IMG/VR virus record: IMGVR_UViG_3300010340_000930
Location: 1,653 to 65,652 of that record
Length of the DNA: 64,000 bases
From: a virus
Lineage: Duplodnaviria; Caudoviricetes
Direction: 5' to 3' (one strand)
The notes below the pieces were generated by a model. It was given only the letters and a program-made list of their open reading frames with translations, was not told where the DNA came from and did not search any database. The translations under genes and the position numbers were made by a program. This document shows, piece by piece, positions 46,472 through 56,456 of the stretch (positions are counted from its first letter, which is position 1; each line of letters begins with the position of its first letter).

Positions 46472-48481
46472 ATGGCTGGTATATTGAATAAGATTAAAAC
46501 TTCAATTTTTGGTATGAAGGTTGATAATTCCGCAGATGAAAATATAGATAAGACACTATATTCAATAAGTCAGAAGTTATTAAATAAAGATTCTTTGAAT
46601 TCTGTTGATCTGGTTAGAGATTTAATTTCAAAAAGTAATTTGGCGTTATCTAACGCAAATATTTCTTCAGATTTTTTCCAAGGAATTACCTCAAGCACAT
46701 TATTATTACATGATAATAAAGATAGAATATATAGATACATAAACGCAGAAGAAATCTGCGATGCAATTCCCTACTGCGCTAAAGCATTGAAAGTTCTTAC
46801 AGATCAAATTATATCTCCAGATGATATAACCAAAAAAATCATTCAGATTTTTGGATTTGATACTAACGAAGAAGAGAATGATGATATAAAGTTTATAAGA
46901 GAAATAAATGAGCAATTGAATCTGGATGATAGTATGTATGAAATTGTATATGATACATTAAAGTTTGGGGATCAATTTATTGAGATATGTGATATCGAAT
47001 CATCAGAAGTACCAATCACTCAGACAATATTGACAGAAGATGGTTCCGATATATTCGAAGAAGATGAGGAATTTACTGTTAATGTACCCACTGTTGTTTT
47101 GAATGAGAATGGAGAGCCTGAAATTACAAATATAGAGAAACATATAAATCTGGAGCTGGTTATTGAAGACGATTCCAATAAGAAAGAATTATCTCTTGAT
47201 AAATTATCAGATAAAGATAAAAAGAATGGGATTGATTTGTCTAACTTAAGATTAATTATTCATGATCCCGCATATGTAATTAAGATACAATCCAATCGTT
47301 TTAAATTATGCTTGGGTTATTTGGTTATTCCAAAGACAGATCCTAGCAATTCTCCAATGAATCTCTTGACGGGATCAGGTAATATTGGTGCTCAAATTCT
47401 GAAACAAACCAATCTTTATTATAATTATACAGGAACAAATAATGATTTCTTTTCAGGAGTGAATCAAATATATAAGCAAATTATTGATAAACTAAAGAAG
47501 CATCTTCTTTCAAAAGATGAAAATAAGATTCGAGATAAAGAAGATATTTCTATTAATAAAAATGAAGCATTGAATATCTTAAGTAGAGCAATAAAAGATA
47601 TTGATGACAATTCAAAATTGTTTCGAGTAAGATATGTTCCTCCGGAAAGAATGGAGCATTTTGAGATTTATAATAAACGTTTCTTCCCTTATGGAGAATC
47701 AATTTTATATAAAAGTACGTTCCAAGGAAAATTGCTTATTGCTTTGGAAACTGCTTTGACTGTTAAAAGACTATCGGATTCAACTGAGAAGAGAATTATT
47801 TATGTTGAATCGGGTGCCATATCAAGAAATGTTAAAAATACTATTGAAATTCTTAAAGAAGGATTCAAAAAGAGAAAATATAGCTTGGATTCATTTGGAA
47901 GTATTGGAAGCATTCCAAGTTATATAAATACATATGAGGATTATTATATTCCACAGAGAAACGGTAAACGTTATGTTGAATTTGATACATTAAGTCCTCC
48001 AATTAATATCAGAGATATATCTGAGGAGTTAAAATTTTTCAGAGATCAATTAGTTGCTTCTCTGGATGTTCCTCCTTCATTCGTAAGTTTGGAAGAGAAT
48101 TCTGTTACAAAAGCCAATTTAGCTCAAGAATCAAATGTATTTGCTAGAACCATAATAAGCTATCAAGCATTGTTTGGTAAATGTATACAAAGATTATTTT
48201 CAAAGATTTATCGTTTTTGTCGTAAAGAAAAAATGCCAGACGTTAGAATTAGTTTGTCACCACCGAAATTATTGCAATCTGAAATTTATGCTGACTTTCT
48301 TGATATTGTTATGCGTATTGCTAACTCATACAATGAATTGGGAATTCCAAAGGAGCATGTTGTTAAGGAATTGCTATCCTTAGAATGGGAGAAAATTGAG
48401 CATTCCAAAGTTGAAAAAGCATTAGAGGATAGATTAAAATCCTCTAAAGAAGGATCGGAGTATGGTGGAACTCAATTTTGA
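46472..48481 (+). CDS. Portal protein (T4 gp20-like)
   Basis: RLSDSTEKRIIYVESG, YEDYYIPQRNGKRYVEFDTL and ELKFFRDQLVASLDVP match gp20 conserved blocks; ATG at 46472. Confidence 0.82.
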   Translation: MAGILNKIKTSIFGMKVDNSADENIDKTLYSISQKLLNKDSLNSVDLVRDLISKSNLALSNANISSDFFQGITSSTLLLHDNKDRIYRYINAEEICDAIPYCAKALKVLTDQIISPDDITKKIIQIFGFDTNEEENDDIKFIREINEQLNLDDSMYEIVYDTLKFGDQFIEICDIESSEVPITQTILTEDGSDIFEEDEEFTVNVPTVVLNENGEPEITNIEKHINLELVIEDDSNKKELSLDKLSDKDKKNGIDLSNLRLIIHDPAYVIKIQSNRFKLCLGYLVIPKTDPSNSPMNLLTGSGNIGAQILKQTNLYYNYTGTNNDFFSGVNQIYKQIIDKLKKHLLSKDENKIRDKEDISINKNEALNILSRAIKDIDDNSKLFRVRYVPPERMEHFEIYNKRFFPYGESILYKSTFQGKLLIALETALTVKRLSDSTEKRIIYVESGAISRNVKNTIEILKEGFKKRKYSLDSFGSIGSIPSYINTYEDYYIPQRNGKRYVEFDTLSPPINIRDISEELKFFRDQLVASLDVPPSFVSLEENSVTKANLAQESNVFARTIISYQALFGKCIQRLFSKIYRFCRKEKMPDVRISLSPPKLLQSEIYADFLDIVMRIANSYNELGIPKEHVVKELLSLEWEKIEHSKVEKALEDRLKSSKEGSEYGGTQF

Positions 48482-48512
48482 AATAAATTTTAAAAAATAA
48501 TGGGAAAACATA

Positions 48513-49115
48513 ATGAAGACATTAATTGAAAAGCAATATATTTTGAGTGAGCAAACTCCTCTCGGGCAAGATCTTCCAAAACCGAAAGAAAATGAACCTA
48601 TCCCAACAATTAAGCAACGGTCAAATGAACCCCCAAAAGAAGATTTTACATATAATAAAAATATGTCTAAAGAAGATAATTATGGGGAGGATGAAGGTCA
48701 ATATCAAGAAAAGCAAGAATTTGATAACGAAGATACTGGAGATGAAAATTTTGATGAAACAAAAGATGAACAGGAAGAGCATGAATTTAGTGAAAGAGGG
48801 GGAGATGAAACACCACCATCGTCGATTGACCTATCAAAGATATATAAATTGAGAAAGATATATCAAAAATTAAAAACCCTATCAATGTTGCTTCTGAAAT
48901 TCAGTGATCATAGAATTGAAAGATTGAGAATTGAATTGAATGAAGCAATATTTTTATTTCAGAAACTTCTGATTCCAAATTTAGATAATATGGTGGATCG
49001 TCTTGATGAGATTACCTCGAATTATCAGAAGTTGCTTAAAGATTATTTTATTAAATTACAAAAAATTTATGATAAAAGAATAAGTGAAAAAAAGGAAAAA
49101 ATCCGGAGGAAATAG
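48513..49115 (+). CDS. Hypothetical head-assembly protein (acidic N-half, helical C-half)
   Basis: Lies between portal and prohead protease, where T4 has the gp67/gp68 core genes. Confidence 0.5.
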   Translation: MKTLIEKQYILSEQTPLGQDLPKPKENEPIPTIKQRSNEPPKEDFTYNKNMSKEDNYGEDEGQYQEKQEFDNEDTGDENFDETKDEQEEHEFSERGGDETPPSSIDLSKIYKLRKIYQKLKTLSMLLLKFSDHRIERLRIELNEAIFLFQKLLIPNLDNMVDRLDEITSNYQKLLKDYFIKLQKIYDKRISEKKEKIRRK

Positions 49116-49119
49116 ATCG

Positions 49120-49821
49120 ATGTATTTCTTAATTGAATCACCTCAAATAATGCAAATTCCAAAAATTACCAAAAAAAATCCAGATAGAATTCGTATGGAG
49201 TGCTGTCTCCAAACGTTGGGAGTTTTAAATAGGAATAAACGAAGATATCGTGAGAAAGATTTTAAAGAAGCATTGGAAGGTATTAAAGATCGTATTCAAG
49301 AAGGTGGCTTTGTTGGAGAATTGGATCACCCCACAAAATTTGATGATATGAAAAGACAATTGACTGTTCTTTATTCAAGATCATCTCACAGAATTCTAGA
49401 AATTGGAATTGATGGAAATAAAGTTATAGGAGTAGTTGAGACTTTAAGAACGCCCATGGGTAAAATACTTAAGAATTTAAGTGAGGATGGTATTCCTGTT
49501 GGATTTTCATTTAGAGGAGCGGGAGAGGTTAACAGAGTAACAGAAAGTGGAAATTTTTATTTTGAGGTGACAGCTCCTCTGCACATTGTAACCTGGGATT
49601 CGGTTTCATACCCCTCGCATAAAGAGGCTAAAATTGTCAGAATTAGTGAAAACACATTTGATAATGTGAGAGAATCACTTGCCCCTTTATGCGAATCTAC
49701 CGAGATTCAAGAGCGTGAAGGAATGATTTGTACTAGTGAAGGTATTTGTTATTTGCCAAACGATTTTGATAGATTAGTTAAGAAAAGAATAATACAACTT
49801 AAAAATAAATTTAAAATTTAA
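49120..49821 (+). CDS. Prohead maturation protease (T4 gp21/peptidase S77-like)
   Basis: NRNKRRY, GELDHP, SHRI, TPMGKIL, GFSFRGAG, TWDSVSYPS; SD ggagg before ATG at 49120. Confidence 0.88.
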   Translation: MYFLIESPQIMQIPKITKKNPDRIRMECCLQTLGVLNRNKRRYREKDFKEALEGIKDRIQEGGFVGELDHPTKFDDMKRQLTVLYSRSSHRILEIGIDGNKVIGVVETLRTPMGKILKNLSEDGIPVGFSFRGAGEVNRVTESGNFYFEVTAPLHIVTWDSVSYPSHKEAKIVRISENTFDNVRESLAPLCESTEIQEREGMICTSEGICYLPNDFDRLVKKRIIQLKNKFKI

Positions 49822-49835
49822 GGTGAGAATAAGTT

Positions 49836-50405
49836 ATGCCTACCGCACCTACTCAAGAACGTTCTGTTGATCCTTATAGCAATAATCGTTTTTCTTCGGT
49901 AATTAACCGTTTAACCAGAGTGGTTACCGGAGGTAAAAACGTAATTATTTTTCCAGGTACATCTTTTCGTATTCAAAAATCAGAAGATCCAGAAAAAGAA
50001 TTTACAAGTATTGTAATTACCAGTGGAGTTGCTGTTAAAGATGATGTATTGATTCATATTACGCAAGATGATTTTGAATTGGATTTGACCGATGAAAGTA
50101 ATTATATTGATCAAGATGGAGGATTGGATACCGCTGGTTTTTATTACATAGTATTATATTATTTTTACGCAAGACGGTATCCTCACCCTCAAGCTTATTA
50201 TAAGATATTGAAAAATATCAATCTCTTTGATCCAACAAGATATCTTTTCATAGGTGGGATTTATATCATTGAAGAAAATAGTGATTATATAATTGATTGG
50301 GTTAACAGCCCAAAATATGTCGATCCCTCTAATCCAAATGTAAGACGAGAAGGATTTGAGATAAGTCTTGAGTGTATTGATGGTGGTGTCTTACCTATAG
50401 AATAA
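49836..50405 (+). CDS. Putative virion structural protein, paralogous to the N-terminus of the next gene
   Basis: ITSGVAVKDDVLI...LDL...NYID...YYIVLYY aligns by eye with LTRGIFIINEVMI...LEL...SYYD...IYFAAHY. Confidence 0.55.
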   Translation: MPTAPTQERSVDPYSNNRFSSVINRLTRVVTGGKNVIIFPGTSFRIQKSEDPEKEFTSIVITSGVAVKDDVLIHITQDDFELDLTDESNYIDQDGGLDTAGFYYIVLYYFYARRYPHPQAYYKILKNINLFDPTRYLFIGGIYIIEENSDYIIDWVNSPKYVDPSNPNVRREGFEISLECIDGGVLPIE

Positions 50406-50431
50406 AATAAAAGAAGGAACATAAATTAATT

Positions 50432-52843
50432 ATGGAAAAAAATATTAGAGATTTGGAGAATTTTCCAATTCCTGAGCAATATCAGGTATTGGAAACCTTT
50501 AGTAGTAATGAGGCAACCAACATAAATAAAATTCTTCGGACTATGTTGGTTTCCAAGTTTCCGCTAACCAACCCTATTAAAGTTCCAAACTGCGTGATAA
50601 AAAGTTTTCCAGGGTTTGATTATTCATTTAGTAATTTAAATAAAACCGTTACCTTAACAAGAGGTATATTTATAATTAACGAAGTAATGATTCAAACATA
50701 TGAAAATGTAACATTGGAATTGAATAATTCTTCAAGTTATTATGATTCGAAGCCCAGCGGAAGTTTTAGTAATAAGGTAATTTATTTTGCTGCTCATTAT
50801 AATTATGAACAGAGTGAAGATGTAACTCTTGGGATTATCTCCAATATAGATACATATAATGCGGATAAAGAACATTATTTATTGATATTGGATATTACCG
50901 TTGATGGATCGGGAGGTAATATCACAGATATTGATGATGTTGTTTGGCATGATGGATATTCTGATACTCAAGAAAGTATACCATTCTCTTTAAAGGTCGT
51001 TGATGATGGTTGGTTAGAACCAATTCCAGATTATTATGTGGAAGCTGCTAACAATGAAGAACATCCATTTTATGATCCAACAATTATACCTCTTAAAGTA
51101 ACGAAAATAAAATTGAAAAGAGGAAATCAATATGATATAAATAATTATACCCCAGAAGATGGAGAATTAGTTTGGGGAGAGAATACAAAACGTTTGAAAA
51201 TTGGTGATGGCTCGACTAGAGGGGGAATTGATATACTGGAAGGTAATGTTGATTTCTTATCTCAGCAAAAGTATTATGGAACTGATTTCAATGGGAATAA
51301 AGGCTTTCATAATATTCCCCATTATGTTGATCTGAATTCTTACAAGTTTTATACAGAATCGGGCGAGATAGATTATTTAAATAATTATATTCCAAATATC
51401 AAATTTTCAGATTCAACTAATAAATATGTAAGCGTTTTTATTCCAATTTCATATGATAAATTACAAACGCGAGATATTGGTCTGAGAATTACCTATGCTT
51501 TATCTGGAACAGGTCCTGAAGGAGCAGATAAAAATATAAGATTGGGATTTGTTACACAAAATTTTATACGAAATTCTCAATTGAACAATCATATGGATAA
51601 AAGCTATATAGAAAGAACTCTTATCAGCACAAGTGATAATATTGGGAAAATCTCAACATTTCATCTTGCTATAAATCCATCTGAATTATATTGGGCATAT
51701 CTCGACCAAGATAAACGTAATGAGTTAGTTAGCAAACTAAGTGATCCTTCTACCAGACAATCTTATAGAATTTCGAGAATACAAGATTATTTGAATTGGG
51801 GAAGAAAAATTGGCTTTGAAGGTATTATTTTAACATTATATAGATTGGGAGAAAGAGATGAAGATACATATCCAGGAGATTTTCATTTAATTGATTTGTA
51901 TGCATATCCAATAAGCAAAGGTTCAGAATATGCATATCTAACCGGTAGTTATTTAAACGCTACCGCGCTTCCAAGCGAATGTCTTCATTTTTCTTTTGAT
52001 GAAAAAACCACAGCTCTGGATATTGATATGCCCAATCGGTGTGTGCATTTTTGTGGTTTCAATTCTTCAACTCATGGAATAATAGCAGGTGGTTCTCATC
52101 AAATTGCTGGAGTTTATACAAACAGTGATAAAATTTATAGAATCGAATTTCCTTTTAAAATTTCTGTTGCTGAAGAAGTGAGTAAATTAAGTCAGCCAAT
52201 AACTTTTTCTGGAGGATGTAACTCATCTTCTTCGGGATATAGCATGCATGGAACAAATCAGCTATCTGGATCACATAGTTATGTTGAAAAATATATATTC
52301 TCATTGGAATCCTCTGATGCATCTCGAATTATGGAAGGAAGTACATTTTCAGGTGATTTTAAGAAAACTATTTCCTTCAATTCTTCTACTCATGGATTTG
52401 CTGTAAGTAAGCATAGCGTTAGAAGGATGACTTTTTCTTCTGAAGGAGATAGTTTAGTTACAACTAATAAGGGTTCATCCTATTTATTGGGTTTTCAAGG
52501 TACAGGATTTAATTCTTCACAGATAGGATATACTGTGGGAGGACTTTACGAGAGCAATGGATTATCAACTTGTTATAAATATCAATTTCCTTTTAATTCG
52601 GGTGAGTGTTCTTTGGGTGGAAATTTAAATTATGGAAGATTTGTATGCGGTGGGGGAAATTCTTCCATAGCTGGGTATGTTATGAGTGGAATGAGCTATC
52701 AAATATCTCCTTATAAAGCTATTGAGAAAGTTATTTTTCCATTTGATTCTGGAACAGCAGTAATATGCGGAAATACAATGTTCAGCGATACCATGCAAGG
52801 TGTTGTTATAGATGGAACAGATTTCGTTAATTTATTTACATAA
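50432..52843 (+). CDS. Tail fibre/receptor-binding protein with Mtd_N-like domain and C-terminal kelch-like repeats
   Basis: IKLKRG...PEDGELVWGENTKRLKIGDGSTRGG; about 5-6 NSSTHG-type repeats; ends DGTDFVNLFT. Confidence 0.72.
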   Translation: MEKNIRDLENFPIPEQYQVLETFSSNEATNINKILRTMLVSKFPLTNPIKVPNCVIKSFPGFDYSFSNLNKTVTLTRGIFIINEVMIQTYENVTLELNNSSSYYDSKPSGSFSNKVIYFAAHYNYEQSEDVTLGIISNIDTYNADKEHYLLILDITVDGSGGNITDIDDVVWHDGYSDTQESIPFSLKVVDDGWLEPIPDYYVEAANNEEHPFYDPTIIPLKVTKIKLKRGNQYDINNYTPEDGELVWGENTKRLKIGDGSTRGGIDILEGNVDFLSQQKYYGTDFNGNKGFHNIPHYVDLNSYKFYTESGEIDYLNNYIPNIKFSDSTNKYVSVFIPISYDKLQTRDIGLRITYALSGTGPEGADKNIRLGFVTQNFIRNSQLNNHMDKSYIERTLISTSDNIGKISTFHLAINPSELYWAYLDQDKRNELVSKLSDPSTRQSYRISRIQDYLNWGRKIGFEGIILTLYRLGERDEDTYPGDFHLIDLYAYPISKGSEYAYLTGSYLNATALPSECLHFSFDEKTTALDIDMPNRCVHFCGFNSSTHGIIAGGSHQIAGVYTNSDKIYRIEFPFKISVAEEVSKLSQPITFSGGCNSSSSGYSMHGTNQLSGSHSYVEKYIFSLESSDASRIMEGSTFSGDFKKTISFNSSTHGFAVSKHSVRRMTFSSEGDSLVTTNKGSSYLLGFQGTGFNSSQIGYTVGGLYESNGLSTCYKYQFPFNSGECSLGGNLNYGRFVCGGGNSSIAGYVMSGMSYQISPYKAIEKVIFPFDSGTAVICGNTMFSDTMQGVVIDGTDFVNLFT

Positions 52844-52858
52844 GAAGGAGTATTTCAA

Positions 52859-54586
52859 GTGTCTGTATGTATCTCTCCTGTTTTAATTAAGTTTAAACGA
52901 GGTATACAAGCCTCTGTTGATAATTTTTATCCTGATTATGGTCAAGTTGTTCTCGCGATAGATACAAAACGTATATTCATAGGTGATGTTGCCACCCCTT
53001 CTGGGCATGATATTTTAATTGGCAATGTTTCAAATCTGGATAAAGCAAGATATTATGGAAGTAATTCAAGATATATAAGAGGATTTCATGATTTACCTTC
53101 CGTTGTGAATATTGGTCCCAAAGATGTGGAAGTAATTGGAACGGGGAGCGGAGTTTCTCTCACGAGCTTAAAATTTAATTTGGAGATGACAGCTGTTGTT
53201 CCAGTTCTCTCTTTTTCAAAAACCGACAACCAGTTTATAAATTTCACATTCAAGAAACTTCCATCTTGGAATCCAGATAAAGAGTTGAGAATGAGAGTTA
53301 TCTTTATGACTAATGCTGCTATTACAAATGATTATAATGTGAAGTTATTAACCAGAATCAGACGACTGAATTTACAAGATGATCCTCAATTTACACTCGG
53401 TTTGGAATTTATCTATGAGAATTTTTATGAAGACACAATTGATATTTCGAAAACGCCAAATTGGCCAGCATGTAACGCAATCACTTTATCCAATGCTAGA
53501 ATAAGGCTTATAGATTCAAATAAAGAAGGTGAAAAAATCACAATTGATTTACAGCGGGATTGGGAAAATGATAGTCTTCCAAACGATGTCGTTTTTTATA
53601 TTCTAGGTATACAAATTTATCAACCTGTCAATGGGACTGAGAATGCTTATTTTATGGGCGGGGGAAATCTTGACGATACAGCCTATATAGATTCTATCGA
53701 GAAGTTAAATTTTCCATTCGAGAATGCTTTAACTTATACAATAAATAATTTGAATATTCAAAAGAAGAATGGCGGCGGATGTAATTCCACAACGCATGGA
53801 TATTGTATGGGTGGGGCAAGTGCCGCTACCACGTTTTTATCATCCATTGACAGATTAAATTTTTCTTTTGATACAGCCAGGATTCAAGCAATTGGTACAT
53901 TAACAGTTAATATAAATGGAAATTCAGCTTTCAATTGCAGTACACATGGATTTAGTATAGGCGGAGAAACAACATATGGTACTTCAATTTCCTATATTGA
54001 CAGATTGGAGAAAGTCCCATTTAATATTGATACTGTCTTTACAAGAACTTTTGCTTCTTTAAATACAATGGTAGCTTTTTCAAATTGCGTTAATTCTTCA
54101 TCAAATGGATATATAATCGGTGGTTATAATACAGGTTATACATACAATATGTCAAAGAAAATGGAGAGAATTACCTTCCCAGGTGATTCAGGAAAAGCTC
54201 AATTACTTGGAGAAGTTACGATATTAGATTCAGGTGAAAATAATAGAGGAGTATATGGATCACATTGCTGTAATTCTTCAACAGATGGTTATATAATGGG
54301 TGGATATAATGTGAATACTATTTTTCAATTTTCTTTTGCTGATCCATTGGTTACCACCAGAACTATGAATTTGGTTTCCAGCAGATTACATGGGGGAGGA
54401 TGTAATTCAAGTGAATATGGATTTAGTTCTCGAGGATATACAACTGAAAGTGTCTTTGTTAATACTATTGAAAGAATGAATTTCTCGATGCCTGGAAGTA
54501 CATCTGTAGTTAAAGGACAAGCAGTTGCGATATATGGCTGTCCATCAGTTTGTGATGGAACAGATTTTCTAACATTATTTGCGTAA
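52859..54586 (+). CDS. Tail fibre/receptor-binding protein paralogue 2
   Basis: GTG start with SD aaggag; IKFKRG...PDYGQVVLAIDTKRIFIGD...PSG; NSSTHG repeats; ends DGTDFLTLFA. Confidence 0.72.
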   Translation: MSVCISPVLIKFKRGIQASVDNFYPDYGQVVLAIDTKRIFIGDVATPSGHDILIGNVSNLDKARYYGSNSRYIRGFHDLPSVVNIGPKDVEVIGTGSGVSLTSLKFNLEMTAVVPVLSFSKTDNQFINFTFKKLPSWNPDKELRMRVIFMTNAAITNDYNVKLLTRIRRLNLQDDPQFTLGLEFIYENFYEDTIDISKTPNWPACNAITLSNARIRLIDSNKEGEKITIDLQRDWENDSLPNDVVFYILGIQIYQPVNGTENAYFMGGGNLDDTAYIDSIEKLNFPFENALTYTINNLNIQKKNGGGCNSTTHGYCMGGASAATTFLSSIDRLNFSFDTARIQAIGTLTVNINGNSAFNCSTHGFSIGGETTYGTSISYIDRLEKVPFNIDTVFTRTFASLNTMVAFSNCVNSSSNGYIIGGYNTGYTYNMSKKMERITFPGDSGKAQLLGEVTILDSGENNRGVYGSHCCNSSTDGYIMGGYNVNTIFQFSFADPLVTTRTMNLVSSRLHGGGCNSSEYGFSSRGYTTESVFVNTIERMNFSMPGSTSVVKGQAVAIYGCPSVCDGTDFLTLFA

Positions 54587-54597
54587 GGAGTTTAAAC

Positions 54598-56409
54598 GTG
54601 CCCACGGTTATTAAAATAAGAAGAGGCCCGAAAAGCCAAATAGATCAATATATTCCTAAAATTGGGGAATTTGTTTACGATAAAACAAATGGAAAATTAC
54701 TCTTTGGAGATAATTTCACTCCTGGGGGATACCATGTCATTTTTGGTAATCAATTTGTTGTGGAGAATAATACATATTATGGAAGTAGTACTTATGGAGT
54801 TAGAGGATTTCATATCTTTCCTTCAGGCGTTGATATTACCGCCAAAGCATTAAATTCGAATTCATCTAACAATGGATATGCTGACCAATATTTTGAAATC
54901 ATTGATGGGGAAGAATCAACCACTTCCTTTGGATTTAAATATGATCTACTATGGGATAAGACTAAGGATGTAAATTTTAAAATTTCATATTTCTTGGAAG
55001 ATAGTGGAAGTGAAGGCACATATGTTGAAATAACTACTAAGGTATATCTATTGTATAAAGGAGATTTGTCCTCATCTGTGACATCTGGTGATGGGGTTCT
55101 AGAAGATGGGGTTGATACCATCACTGCATATGATAATGAAAATATTGGTAAGATTGATATTATAACCTTGATGAATGGAAGAATACCTTGGCAAGCAACA
55201 TATAATGAATCAAATCCACCAGAATATGTAATTGTAAAATTTATACGTTCAGATAGTGATACATATGCAGGTTCATTAAAAATTCTGAATATTTTTGCTT
55301 ATCAAATTGCAAACGGGAATGAATATGGATATTATCTTGGGGGTGTAAATGGATCAGACTATGAAACTGGATTAAAAAATACAATACAGCAATTTGTATT
55401 TCCTATGAATTCAGGTGAAATACGTGTTTTAAGTCAGACTTTAAGTGAATCTAAATTCAGAATGTCAGCATTCAATTCAAGCACCCACGGATATAGTGTG
55501 GGTGGTCAAATTGATGAGTCATCCGACTCTTTATCTACCATAGAGAGTTTTAAATTTGCTTTTAATAGTGGTCAAGCAAATGTTTCAGCTACTTTGATGG
55601 ATAAACGTGCTTCTTCATATGGTCTAAATTGTTCCTCTTATGGATTTACTATTGGTGGATTGGATAAAGGAAGTTCAGGCGTGGGTTCCTTCTATAGTAG
55701 TATTGAAAGAATTAATCTGAGTTTTTCTTCAATAACTTCTAAAAAAGGGAATTTGCTGGCATATGAAGATAATCCATATTCTTGTTATCGTGCTCATATT
55801 ATGGCATTTAATTCTTCTGAATATGGATTTTGCTTAGGTGGATTCGGGTTTAATGTCAGCGGTGAGGATTTATATATGACTCCTTTTAGTTATATAGAGA
55901 GGTTTAGTTTTCCATTTGATGTTGGAAACTGTTTGGAGGGAGGAAGATTAACAATGAGTTATGATGTTAATCCTCAAATAGAACCTGAATTAGATCCCAA
56001 TAATACTAAAGGTACTCATGGAGCGGGTGCTTGTAATTCTTCCACATATGGATATTTATTTGGGGGGCACGCCGTTGGTGTAGCTGGTGGTTATTCAGAG
56101 GATAGAGGAGAAACGGTTTCAAAATTTGATTTTTCCCAACCAAATGGCAATTCAACGGTGATAAGTGATGTAAAAATAAGTGATATAGCTAGATCTCAAG
56201 TGTCAGGATGTAACTCAACAATTTATGGGTATGCTATTGGAGGGCATTATAATTTACAGGTGTTTTTCCAAAAAATAGATAGGGTTCTATTTCCTTTTGA
56301 TGGATCGGGAACGGTTGATAGTGTAAGGATTTGCGGAAATCTCTCTGGTACAAATCATAATTCTGGTGTATCTTGTGATGGAACAGATTTTGTAACTATG
56401 TTCCTGTAA
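54598..56409 (+). CDS. Tail fibre/receptor-binding protein paralogue 3
   Basis: GTG start with SD aaggag; IKIRRG...PKIGEFVYDKTNGKLLFGD...PGG; NSSTHG repeats; ends DGTDFVTMFL. Confidence 0.72.
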   Translation: MPTVIKIRRGPKSQIDQYIPKIGEFVYDKTNGKLLFGDNFTPGGYHVIFGNQFVVENNTYYGSSTYGVRGFHIFPSGVDITAKALNSNSSNNGYADQYFEIIDGEESTTSFGFKYDLLWDKTKDVNFKISYFLEDSGSEGTYVEITTKVYLLYKGDLSSSVTSGDGVLEDGVDTITAYDNENIGKIDIITLMNGRIPWQATYNESNPPEYVIVKFIRSDSDTYAGSLKILNIFAYQIANGNEYGYYLGGVNGSDYETGLKNTIQQFVFPMNSGEIRVLSQTLSESKFRMSAFNSSTHGYSVGGQIDESSDSLSTIESFKFAFNSGQANVSATLMDKRASSYGLNCSSYGFTIGGLDKGSSGVGSFYSSIERINLSFSSITSKKGNLLAYEDNPYSCYRAHIMAFNSSEYGFCLGGFGFNVSGEDLYMTPFSYIERFSFPFDVGNCLEGGRLTMSYDVNPQIEPELDPNNTKGTHGAGACNSSTYGYLFGGHAVGVAGGYSEDRGETVSKFDFSQPNGNSTVISDVKISDIARSQVSGCNSTIYGYAIGGHYNLQVFFQKIDRVLFPFDGSGTVDSVRICGNLSGTNHNSGVSCDGTDFVTMFL

Positions 56410-56456
56410 CAAATTTTGAGAGTGTAGGTAAAGTTTAATGAGAAAGGAATACTTCG

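Noticed and set aside
50432-56409. Diversity-generating retroelement suggested by the Mtd_N-like domains
   Set aside because: No reverse transcriptase, no adenine-specific TR/VR pair and no C-type-lectin-like C-terminus in this window
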